DNA from: Sphaerodactylus townsendi
Taxonomy: Eukaryota
Reading direction: 5' to 3'
Length of the DNA stretch: 64,000 bases
Assembly (NCBI RefSeq): GCF_021028975.2
Contig: NC_059430.1
Coordinates: 110,546,001 to 110,610,000, forward strand
A program made the position numbers and the translations under genes. Of this stretch, positions 25,801-37,800 are shown in pieces (position 1 is the first letter of the stretch; each line of letters opens with the position of its first letter). The notes below the pieces were generated by a model. It made no database searches and had not been told where the DNA came from. It saw nothing but the letters and a program-made list of their open reading frames with translations.

Positions 25801-28800
25801 ACCCAGAGTTTCCTAGACTTCCTTGGTGGTCTTCCATCCAAATACTAAGAAGGGCTGACCCTGATTGCGTTTTAGAATGTTCTTAACCTACTTTCATTGA
25901 GACTAAAAGCAGAGGGTTTGCAACAAAACACGGAGAAAGAGAACGATACAAGATCAATTAATAAGAGAAAAGCAGGGTTGTGATTCAGCATGGAACGAAG
26001 AACTGTGTACTGTTATTTTTGTTGCCAATTAGCTCAAAGCCACAACAAAACAATAAAAACAACCAACAGCCAAAACAAGACAATCACAGTATCGAGTACA
26101 CTGATCTGAGTTCCCTGGAGCAAAGAAGGGATAAAAATCTGGTGGAAAGCTGGAAATATTGGGGCCACTGTGGTGTAGTGGTTAAGAGTGGTGGATTCTT
26201 ATCCGGCGAACTGGATGTATTTATTTGCTCCTACACATGAAGCCTGCTGGGTAGTCACAGTTCTCTCAGAACTTTCTCAGCTCCACCTACCTTACAAGGT
26301 GTGTGTTGTGGAGAAAGAAAGGGAAGGAATGTCTAAGCCGCTTTGAGACTCCTTACAGAAGATGAAGGCAGAGTATAAATCCCAACTCTTATCTTGTTCT
26401 TTACCATTCACATATATTCGTTCTCAATACTGGTGTGAATAGTAGTTTTAAGGGGTATAGCTTAAATTTAACAATCATCCCTTAGTGGAAATCACAGTGC
26501 CAAGATTCAGTGATGGATTTTAGTGCTTATATTGTTATTATTGATGTTGTACACCATCCTGAGCTCCTATGGGGAGAGGTGGCATATAAAATGAATAAAA
26601 TAAGTAAAATGTAGGGAAGAGGAGGCGTGGCATTGCAGATGTTGCAGCAAACCACAGTAAACACAAACCGCAGCTCACAAAGCAGCCAATGATCCTTCCT
26701 TCCAATCTGGGTTTGCTGCTAGCCAGCAAATGCTGATTTTGTCGCGCTGTCTGAATGCAGAAATACAGTTTTGGATACTAATGCTTTTACTATTATCAAC
26801 ATGCCGCCCTGAGCCCACAAGGGGAAGCCTTCCCATAAAACAAATAAAATAAATACTTAATAATAAAAAAGGTGCCGAGGTGTCTGGTGTCTCACGTGCC
26901 CTCATCCAAAGGCTCCACGGCGCACCCTTTACTGGACATAAGCCAAGAATGTAGCTGCAAACAGCCGATCTCCCTGGAACCACATATTTTTTAACAGGAA
27001 TGGGGGTATGGGAAGGATTGCGAAGACACGTGCAATGCATTTGGAGTAGGAAGTGAGAAGAGATCCTGGAAAGTACACTCAAGTTGCTCTTGTGGGTTTT
27101 TGGATCGCCTCCTAATCACCTCTTGATCAACGTGAAAACAGAGAGAATGAAACAGCCAAGAAAGGCTCCCAGCAATCCACAAGCTCTCAATTCCACAACA
27201 CTACAGCAGTTTAATTCATTTTTGCCAGGTAAGGCTGGAGGGGATCGGGCTTTGAAGCATGTAATTCCAAGTTGTAAAAGAACCATTAGGAGCCCCCACC
27301 AGGTTCCGGTATGACCCAGACCCACGCCGAAGTTCTTGCACAAGCATTATCTATCACTGAGGAAACGTTAGCATCGCTAGCGTTGTTTAATTTCTTCATA
27401 AAGAGGCAAGCCGCTCGCAGCTGGAGCTGTTCTAATTAAATTGTCCTCGGAAGGAGGGCTGTTTCAGTGCAACGATGCCAGCCTAGGCGTGATTACTCCC
27501 GTATTTAAAATTTTTAGGAACCTGATGGAAACCAACCGATCATAGTCACGACGGCTCCTCTGCATACATAATTTCTGTCTTCTTTTTTTTTTAGGGGAGA
27601 GAGTTTGTTGATAAAAGCGGAGTACATGTATCTACGCCCTCATCCCCAGTCACATCCGGCATCTGTTCAGTGTTTGGAGGGGGTTTATTGCTTAGCTCAG
27701 CTTGAAATAACAGCTCATCTGCTCATGCTTAATTGGAACAGAGTTATGTGTCACCCATGTGGCTCAGGTAGCTACATTCTGTCCCCAGTCTCGTATGAGG
27801 ACATCACAGCACTAAATATTTACCTGCATGCTAATAGACTGGTCTGTGCTGTCCCTCTGCTGGTCCCAAATCAACAAAAACAGATCTACACAACCTCTTT
27901 CTGGGCATTACTAAGGAAGAATCCAGGGCCGCCCTGCTCTATCTAGTACATTCTCCTCCTGCCTTTCTGGTGCAAAGGTCAAGGTGATGCACATGGTTCT
28001 CATGTCAAGGAGCTAAGCTGAGGGGCTCTGTCCGAAGACCAGACCATGAGCTTCATGGCAGAATGGGGATTTGAGCACAGGTCTTGTACACACTAGTCTG
28101 ACTCCCTAGCTACTGCACCACCCTGTAAAGCACAGGAGTCAAATTCGCAGCCCTCCAGATGTTATGAACTACAATTCCCATCATCCCCTGTCAGCATGAT
28201 GCTGGTAGGGGATGATGGGAACTGTAGTCCATAACATCTGGAGGGCCGCGAGTTTGACACCTATGCTGTAAAGCATTACGCTGGTCATCTCTTGACAACT
28301 TCTCCTGTTGTCACACTGCACCGTAAACAGGCATGATGTTTTTTTACAGATGACAAGAAAACAGGACCTGGCTCCAACAACATGACAGCCGAAAACTTGA
28401 CACAAGCAAAACAAAAGGAAATTAAGATAGGGCTCGATGATGGAGGGAAGGCCTCATGGAAAAAGTTGGGCTTTGAGAAAAGGCTTGAAGGAGGTTTTTA
28501 AAAAATGTATTTAGAAAATCTGCATGTTATCTTGTCAGTGTCCTGATCAAAGCGGCTTAGAATAATTGTTATGTTTAGGGGTACAGACCCCATAGGGCAG
28601 GGGTCCCAACCCTTGAGCATGAGGCCACCACAGAAATTTTGACACAGTGTAGTGTGTGCAATGACAAAATGGTGACCACAGGAGGCATGCCAACCTCAGA
28701 ATGTCAGGGGGCGAGGGAACACAACTCCAATAGTAACTCTTCAGCGTTTCAGGCAGAAACTTGATTTAGTAGGATGCCTTTTAAAATGAACATTGTTTTA

Positions 28801-31800
28801 TAGCGCTTTCTTGCATAAACACACCGCTCATCTTCTGTCACTCAGTGAAAATCCTTATGCTGTCGGGAAGCTGCTCCCAAAAGATCATTTAAAAAGCTGT
28901 TCAGCCAATGAGAAACTCTTCTGGACAAAAGCCCCATCTGAAGAGCACTTTGCGGGTGCCAGGAAAACGTGTTGGCGGGAGTCATGGTACCCACAGGCAC
29001 CGTGTTGGGGATGGCTGCCGAAGGGGTTGTTCATTCACTCTAACAATTCTGCAATGCTAGTTTTCAGAATCCCACAAAGATTCACTCTGTGGTACAAGGC
29101 AGTGGCCTGGCAGAGCTGTAAGCATTTTCAAAACCTGCAAAACCCAAATCTGGTCAGTATAAACGTCTTCCCCAATGCGCCAGTAATACGGTACATGCTT
29201 AAAATCAAGGGAAATGCCTCCTATCCATTCTGCAGTACTTTACGGCAGCTGCAAGTAAGAATAAAAGCCAGGCTGCACCACCTGCTCCACTTGCCTAAAC
29301 AGCAGCTGCTGCTAGCCTCATTCTCTGTTTCCACTGCACAATGCTAGCAGCAGCTGCTCTTTCTCCCTCAGAGATACAGGCTCTGTCTGGGAGAGGAAGA
29401 GAACAGTGCACACCACTTTTAAAGCATAAACTGAACTCCAGAACAGAGGCTGTACACAAAAGAAAAACAAGTTCTGTTTCGCTAGATATGAGGAGGATAG
29501 CAACAGGTTCTGTGTTGTCCTAGCGCCGTCTTACGTTGGTGCGACAGCACTATGGTAGCTGCACTCCTGACTCTTCAATCCCCAATTACTGTTTCCTGTC
29601 AAGTCACCAACTTTATTCACTGAAAGGCAAGTGGCTAATTATAAGCCCTTCTGACGAGATACAGGATGAGTCATCCTGGTTGCTAATGGAGCATCCGGCA
29701 ACATTAAAACCCAGAACAGAAGAAAATTCAACCCAAGCTCCTGATCTCAAAACTTCTGCGCAGACCAGATTTTTTTTTAGTTAATTTACAACTCCCTTGA
29801 AAAATTGATGTTTTAATGGAAACACTGACAGACCATTAATTACAGCATTGCTAGCAAAGTACGGCAGGGACCTAATCACCCAAATTTGCTCAAATTTATT
29901 ATGCCATTCGGCTGAATAATGGCCACAAGCTGCAACTGATCAAGTAAATTGCATAAGAAATCCACTGCTTAATCTAGACCATGCGAGGCAGGGAGTTTTA
30001 TGGCCAATGTCATATTAGATTTGGTTGCGGGACAGGAATTAAATATCCCAGTGGCACTTTCCAGAAGTAGCACTGAGGAGGGGCAGGCAGGGGAGAATAT
30101 AGAAAAGACTCATCTCTGCCAAAAGTGCAAGAATACAGTCAACCTACCTGCTTTCCCATCTGTCACCAATCTCCATTGCTTCTTGCCACAACCTCTGCTT
30201 GTCCCCATTTCTCCTTTCCTACTGCCACTAGTTCCACGCTGCTCACTAACCCTGTCTCTAAACTTTCCCAAATAAGATGTGACAAACACTTTGGATATTG
30301 TGCTGTACCACCTGGGCTTCCCCTCAGGGGTGAGATTCAAATAATTTAACAACCGGTTCCAGTGGTGGGATTCAAATCATTTAACAACTGGTTGTTTACA
30401 AGCAACATTTTAACAACCGGCTCTGCCGAAGTGGTGCAAACCTGCTGAATCCCACCTCTGCTTCCCCTGTTGCGCCACATGTCAACACTAAGAATTTGCA
30501 TTAAAATAGGCTCACCTGTAATGCATCTATCACAACATTCAGGTAAAGCGTGTTATGATTATATATTCATAAATATGAAACTCAAACAATACGCACCACT
30601 GTGGTTCCAGTGACAAAACTGATTGGATCCTGGAATGCAATTTCAAATACACGCTCAGTGTTATCCAATAACAAAGAATAGAGTGATAACAAAAAAACCC
30701 ACACAGAGCTAGTTGGTTTTTCAGATAAAATCAGACCTCGAATACAGACTTCAAAGGCTTGTGGTTATGTCAGATGAATATTCTTGTAAAAAGTCCCATA
30801 ACATAATTGTTTCAAGCAAAATTTCAAGCTGGATGGCGAACTGTAAAGCGTTCCTCAAACCAATCGCACAAGTTGTCCCTCATACACATGTCAAAGCAGG
30901 AAGAAATGCGGCAAGGGGCCCAGAGGAAGAATGCACACAGATCAATCAAATCACTCATAAAATCTAGTTCTATTTCAAGTGATAGCTACAACACATCCCT
31001 CCCGCCTTTGCGGAATGGCCTGCCTCAGGAAGCCCAGTTTCCTGACATTCCACCAATTATGTAGAATAGAATTGTTGGGAACACCCACCAACCACAAATC
31101 TGGTGCCTGCTGGGTGTTTCTGAGAAGTGGACAGGGCCAGATAGGGCTTTTGTCCAGCAAGACTTCTGATTGGCTTGTAGATTTTTTTTAAAAAAATGCT
31201 GCTTTGGCAGCAGCTGCCATCACAATGCTCTACACCATTGGTTCTCAACCTTCCTAATGCCGCGACCCTTTAATACAGTTCCTCATGTTGTGGTGACCCC
31301 CAACCCTAACATCTATCCATTTTACAGATGGAGAACACTGATGCAGAGAGTCTTAGGCGACCCCTGTGAAAGGGTTGTTCAACCCCCAAAGGAGTCGTGA
31401 CCCCCAGGTTGAGAACCTCCCCCTGTACGCAGAGCCTAGGGCTAAGTTTCTGAATAGTTTCATATCCCTGTCCCAGGTATATTATGAGTCAGACAAATTA
31501 TACCTTCTCCTTGTGGATTTGGATCCCTATATATCCTATAGGGTTGGCCTATTCGCCTTGGCAGCTACAAAGATTCGCTCCAACAACGTAATAAAGTAAA
31601 TGATCAAACCTAAATTGGTATAAGTTAGGTGGGAATACAATCTAGACATACTGTAGGGGGGAAAGTGAAAGACTTAGTGTTCACATGATGGATTTTTAGT
31701 GAATTTTTTTTTTCTTACCTGTTGGAATAACAAGTTGGCTCAGAAGTTTTAATGTAATAATATTGTAATATTGTAATGGCCTATGGCTTTCAATAAAATT

Positions 31801-34800
31801 GATTGATTGATTGATATAGGTAATATACAATGCTTAAAATATAAAATAAATTTCTCTATATATACAGTCTTGCGGACAGGTTGAGAACCACTGATCTACA
31901 ATCTATTACTGAAGTTAAGCTGTGGAAACTGTTTTATGGCTGGCTCCATCTTCTGAGACAGATATTTTGCTGCTGCATCCATCATGCCTTGTCAGAATTC
32001 CAAATGGGCCCGGGGGCTCAAAAAGTATGAGGTCCCTTGGGCTATAGTATAACAGAATGGTTCAGCAAGATCCTTTTATAAAGGGAACAGGAGTATAGAC
32101 TTTGCCACTATGTGCTATACTACCTATTTACTGTACTATTGTTCTGCTGCTGCATTGTTTTCTCCTTTTGTAATTCTATTCTCTGCAGTGGTTGACAGAT
32201 CACATTTGATCTTTTTTTGAACTGTTTCTCATTTTTGTAATCCCAGTCCTATTACATTCCTTATTAGATCTCTCCTGTTGTTTGACTGCATTGCTTTACA
32301 CTGTGCTATCAGGCTTGTATATTACTAAGATGGACTATGAGTAAATAAATAGAATTCCAATAGCCATCCATAGAGAAAGATACTATGAGTAAATAAATAT
32401 AATTCTAATAGCCATCCACTGGATAGAACAATCTTCATTAGATATATTAACCAACAGTTACAGTGTCAGATGAAGAAAGGGGCAGTGTGGGTTCAAATCC
32501 ACCTTCTGCCACAAAGCTCACTAGGTGAATCTTCTGTCTGCCATATATTTTCAGTGTAATTTCACAGGGTGTTCGTGGGACAAAACCAAGGATGGTATAA
32601 TAATCACCTATGCATATCTAAGCTCTTGGCAAAAATGACTGTTAGGGATGTGAAGACCCAGAAAAAAATCCTGGAAAATTTCACAACAAAACCCCCTAAG
32701 CCATTTTGGAGAACACTGGAAAATCAACTTTAAAATATTTTCTCTTTTGGAATGAAAAGTAGGTCAAGTCAAAGTTCTTCTTCTCAAAATGCTTCTAAGA
32801 AACATGTAGTATGCAGATATTTATGAGAATACAGTGGATACATAACACAAAATTTCAAGTGTAGGGATTGTTTAAATATGATTAATTTTGTGTAATGGCA
32901 TACTGTATGTGATAATATACTGTTGAAATAAGTATTTTTCTGCTACTAATTTTGTACTCCAAACCCGATAGTAGTCCTCAATGATGTGATCACATAGAGA
33001 CCATTAGCTCCGCATAACATACTTTCTTTTGTTTACTGTAAAATGTATGGATTCTTTTGTCAGCTTATATTTTTCCCACTTCACAGATAGCAAAAACTAA
33101 GGTACATACATATCAGTCCTTTTAATCTTGGACTCTAGACCCTTTTGAAAAGGCATTCTAGCAACATTCAAACTCAAACTTAGTAACCAAATTACCAAAG
33201 CAAGATAAAACTCATTCTATAACCCCAAACCTGAAATTTACAAAGCAGGCAGTTAACTAAAGACAAACTAAATTAAAAGCATGAAAACATGAAGCTGCCT
33301 TATCCCAAGTCATATCATGGATTTCCCAACGTCAGTATTGTCTACTCAGGCTGGCAGCTGTTCTCCAGGGTATCAGATCTTTCTCTTCACATGATCCTTT
33401 TTTTTACTGAGGATGTTGGGGATTGAACTCAGGAACCTCGGTATGCAAAGCAGAAACTCTCCCACTGAGCCATGCTGCTTTCTTTTAGCTAGACCTAGAA
33501 GGTCTATCTCAGAAACAACATTAAGGAACAAACAATGAAATGCAACCCTTGATCTGAATTAAGAATGAGAGTCTGCGTTCAGGATTTGAGTTGAATCCGA
33601 GGCTGACATTTAGGATTGCAGATTTATTCAATTAATATTGCCTTCCCAGCACCAGGCCTATTTTGGGCTTTTAAAATCAGGAACATACATTCTAGTCTAA
33701 GGTAACAAAGTAAAAATCCTACCCTATATAATTGGGTAGCATGCAGAGTTGTGAAAAAGGAACCTCAGCCAAAGGATGAGCAGGACTGTCTGTAAACCCA
33801 TTGGTGGAGGGTTCACCAGTCAATCCTGCCTTCCCCCTGAACCAAGAGCAAGCTGGCTGCAGCAACTGTGGGGCAATGGTGACAAGCCGCCCTCTATGCC
33901 AGCCTGGAAAAAGCCCCGCCCTTTTACCACCCTGCCCTCTCCCAGATAACTGCCCTACCGCTTTCCCCCTCTCCCACACCACACGTACAAAAGCCCTACC
34001 ACCTCATCCCCCCGCCTGCTCCCAGCCCCTAGAGAAACCCTGCTCTGGTGGGGCAAATGCAGGAAATAGCCCTCACTGCCAGCTGTGCAATGGCCCTACT
34101 GCTCCCCCATCCCCTCCCAATCCACAGACCAAGCCAGCCCCACCACTCTCCCCTGGTCCTGGCTTCCGCCTCATCATCCTCTCCAACAGCCACACAACAA
34201 TCCTCTCACTTCCCTCTCCTCTCCCAACCCTCATACCAAGTCAGCCCTGGCACCTGTCCCCCCCCCCCATTCCCCTTCCAACCCAAACAAAAAGGGGGAC
34301 CCACTTGAGTGATGGAAAGAGGCGCCCTCTGGTAAGTCTGGCTTGGGCAGATGCTGGTGTGGGGGTGGACTCCTGGGGGAGAGAAGGGAGGGGATGGCAG
34401 ATCCCTGTCTGTCCCTCCGTCCTCTTTCTAGAGCCTATTTGATTTAATATTAAAATGGGCTTTGGTGCTAGTTAATAAATAAATCGTATTTCTTCATCTA
34501 TGCTCAAAGGATTTTCGACACTGGGTTTTTAATCTTGACTAAAAAGTTATGCACGAAGACACTCCTTCAAAGTGAGGGGGAAAAAAACCCCTGTCACCCC
34601 TACTGGATGTTTTCACTGACGAGACCGTCTTAATGTCAGGTCTACTTAATACAGCATTATCTGTCTGAGTCGTTGGAAGATTTCAGTAGTCAGCTAAATC
34701 TTTCTCACAAAGGCAAAAGACAAAATAAAACCTGAACTTACAATAATCACCGAGCGTACGTAGGCTGGAAAGTTTGAGCTTCCTATAGCAAATCAGAAAG

Positions 34801-37800
34801 TGTCAGTTTCTCAGAGGTAAGCAACAGAATATGTCTGTTGCCTGTTTCCAAAAGAACAACACTCTCCAGTCATCATTTCTGCATTCTGACATCTTTTCAA
34901 CAAGAACTTGAGGTAAGAAGAACGCACAAAATTAACTTCTCAGTCGAGCTACAGGAAGCCGTTCCAATTCTTTCACTATGCACCGTGTTCTACTGAGATA
35001 ATCATTAAAGTTGATGGCCGGTAACAGAGAACAATTTCTCCCAGCTGCCTGGGATTTGACATCTTTAGTTTGCTGCTAAGAGAACAGAATGAGAAATGAG
35101 GAAAGCTGCAATGTGGAAGCTGGAAGTTGGAACAATTTCCACACATTCTTCTGCATCATATGGAACAAAGAATCTGAATATATTTTTTTGCTTCCCCAGG
35201 AACACACAGAGAAATCCACCTGAAAAACAAAAGCTACAGGCTACTGCTCCCAGGGGTATTTATACTTGTCAAATTAGGCAGAACTAATGTTTAACTTCTT
35301 TTACATTTCTTACTCTGCAGTTGATAAGGGTTGATACCAGGAAAATGTCTTTCAATCTGTTTTATTTTCTGGCTAAATTCTGCCCACAGATTGTTTTATG
35401 TGTTATGTGTTATGTTACTCTGCTGCTCTGACTTGGGAAGGAGGCAGAGAAGAAATGAGTGCATACATATGTGCTAGTAAATGTAGCAAGATCCCTCCCA
35501 CAGGATCAACATGTTTAATTCAATTAACATAATTCCTGTTTACAATATCCTTATTCTGTTCCAGACTCCACTTCAGAAAGACAAGCTCAAAAATCTTTGT
35601 CAAAGAAGAATTTTGTCACAGAAGAATGCAGGCTGCAGTCCTAAGTACATTAACAAGGGAGTACATCCAACTGAATACAATGGGACTTATTTCTGAGTAT
35701 ACACGCTTGCCCTGACCTGAATGCCCCACTCTCATCAGATCTTGGAAGGTGAGCAGGGTTGACCTTGGTTAGTACTTGGATGGAAGATCACCAAGAAAGT
35801 CCAGGGTTGCTACAGGGAAGCTAATCAGGGGCCCATTATGCATAGAATGCTTACTTTGGGGCTCTTGACTGTGCAGTGGGCTTGCAGTAGGGTCTCCAAG
35901 CAAGGAGGCACTCACTCCTTGCCCCAAAGCTTTTCTGCTGAGAACACTCCTGGGCCTACTTTTCCTTATTCTCTTAACTCTACCTCTCAAGTCATTCTTA
36001 AAGGCACAGATCTCATCACACCCAGTTGTCCCAAGATTGCTGGCTTAATAAAAGCTCGTTAATTACTATTATATCGATATAGGAGCCCTTTCCAAAAATA
36101 ATCCCCCCCTCCTAAATGAAAGAGGCAGGGGAAATTTGCTGGACCAAATGCTGCTGAAGAAGGGGACACAATTCCTGCCACTGCTGCAGGAGAAGAGAGA
36201 GGCTTGTTATTTCCAAGCACTCTGTTGTTATTATATTGAGATAATGATATTTCAATATGGAAATTTAGAGGTTGGTGTGTTTTGGCTAAGACCATGTGGT
36301 TGAGTTTCTTTTCTTTGACTTCCACTTGCTGGTTACTGAAAGATGCCAGCAGGAAAATAGGAAGCAGGAAGGAGCCAACAACATGAAAAGGGGGGTGACA
36401 GGGAGGCATGGACAGCAGTGTGAGGGAGTGGGAAGGGTGAAGCTAGGTAGGCTGGCTGTTGATGGAGGGAAGATGTCCCTGGCAAAGCTGCTATAACTGG
36501 CAAAACTGCCCTGCTCCGGCAACACAGCAAATTAAACTCATGCTCTCACTTGCCATGGAAAGTGAAAGCAGGGCTTGAGGAAATACATCCCCACAAGAAA
36601 TCTTGCTTGACGGACATTTGCCCCCATCAAGCAGCAGGCACCTTGCGCATGATCGGCCAGGGTCAGCTTTGTTTGAGACTTGTTTGGGAGACCACAAGGG
36701 AAGTCTAGAATTGTTATATAAAGGCAGGCAAAGCTAACCACTTCAATACATAATTTGCCTTGAAAAATGTATGGAGTGTGCTGCCAGCAAGGAGTTACCA
36801 TCAGTTGGATGTGACTTGACAACACTTTTCACACGATACATGCACTGTCAAAGCCTCACTTCCAGCATTCTGAATGTTAGCCAAGGCAGTCAAGATTCAC
36901 TGTGTGCATTTTATTCTGTAGCATCAATAGTTATTTAGAATGGTAAATATTTTAATGTGAACATAAAACAAAAGTACAACAGCCCAAAAGTGTTATGGCC
37001 TCTTAGACGTTCCTCAGGATTGTGATAAAGCTCAGTAAGTGCTAGGTGGAGAAAACTGGCACACCAGTGCCAAGATTCAAGATCAAATTGCCAAACTAGA
37101 ACTTTATACTAGGATTTAACATATCACCCTACAGAGCCACTATTTGCAAAAAATGTTAGGTCTCTGAGAACTCTGTAAGGGAAAAATATACAAACATAGT
37201 CCAAGGCACATAAGTCAATTCCAGTTCAGAGTAAAATAAAATGACAGTTCACATTCTCAACTATAGTATATTGATGCTAACTCTCACTAGCAACCATGGG
37301 GGGAAAGACAAGATTTGACTGGCCATACAGTGATTTTTTAAAAAAATGTATAACAATCATGTTGGATAGGTTGCCATTTCCAAAGAAAAATAAAGCCCTT
37401 AACAACTGCACACTAAAGAGAAAAAAACCTATCATCACTGAAGAAATGTTCTGCAATAAAACCACACCTGTATCTCCACCAACTTCCTCTCTCCTTCACC
37501 TGCTTCTTCAGTAGAGTATTTGTGTCCTGAGAAATGGAGAAAGCATCCATCTCCTGCCCCAATTGCCCCCCCCCCGCACTTGCAAAAATTATCTCCCAAC
37601 TTCCACAGCTGGAATCTGTATTTCTTTTAAACTATTTCATTATGATCCTCTGCTTCCACATTATTCTTCCCCTCTTCCTGTGTTACCCTGATGATCATTA
37701 GGAAATAAGCACCTGGCCCATCACTGAACAGAAATATGTCGTTTAATAAGCCTTCGTGGGTCCAAATTAAATGTCTGCAGCAACTTTTCCTTTGGTCTAA

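Noticed and set aside
28793-29347. 184-aa ORF
   Set aside because: Starts inside a hAT MITE with a non-ATG start; no splice or protein-family evidence.
33801-34442. 213-aa Pro-rich ORF
   Set aside because: Lies entirely inside a C-rich non-autonomous Helitron; low complexity, non-ATG start, no recognisable domain.
34616-34650. Other CTGANGA hits as hammerheads (also 10274, 29651, 37688, 46504)
   Set aside because: None has both a closing stem II with GAAA and a stem III/UH element.
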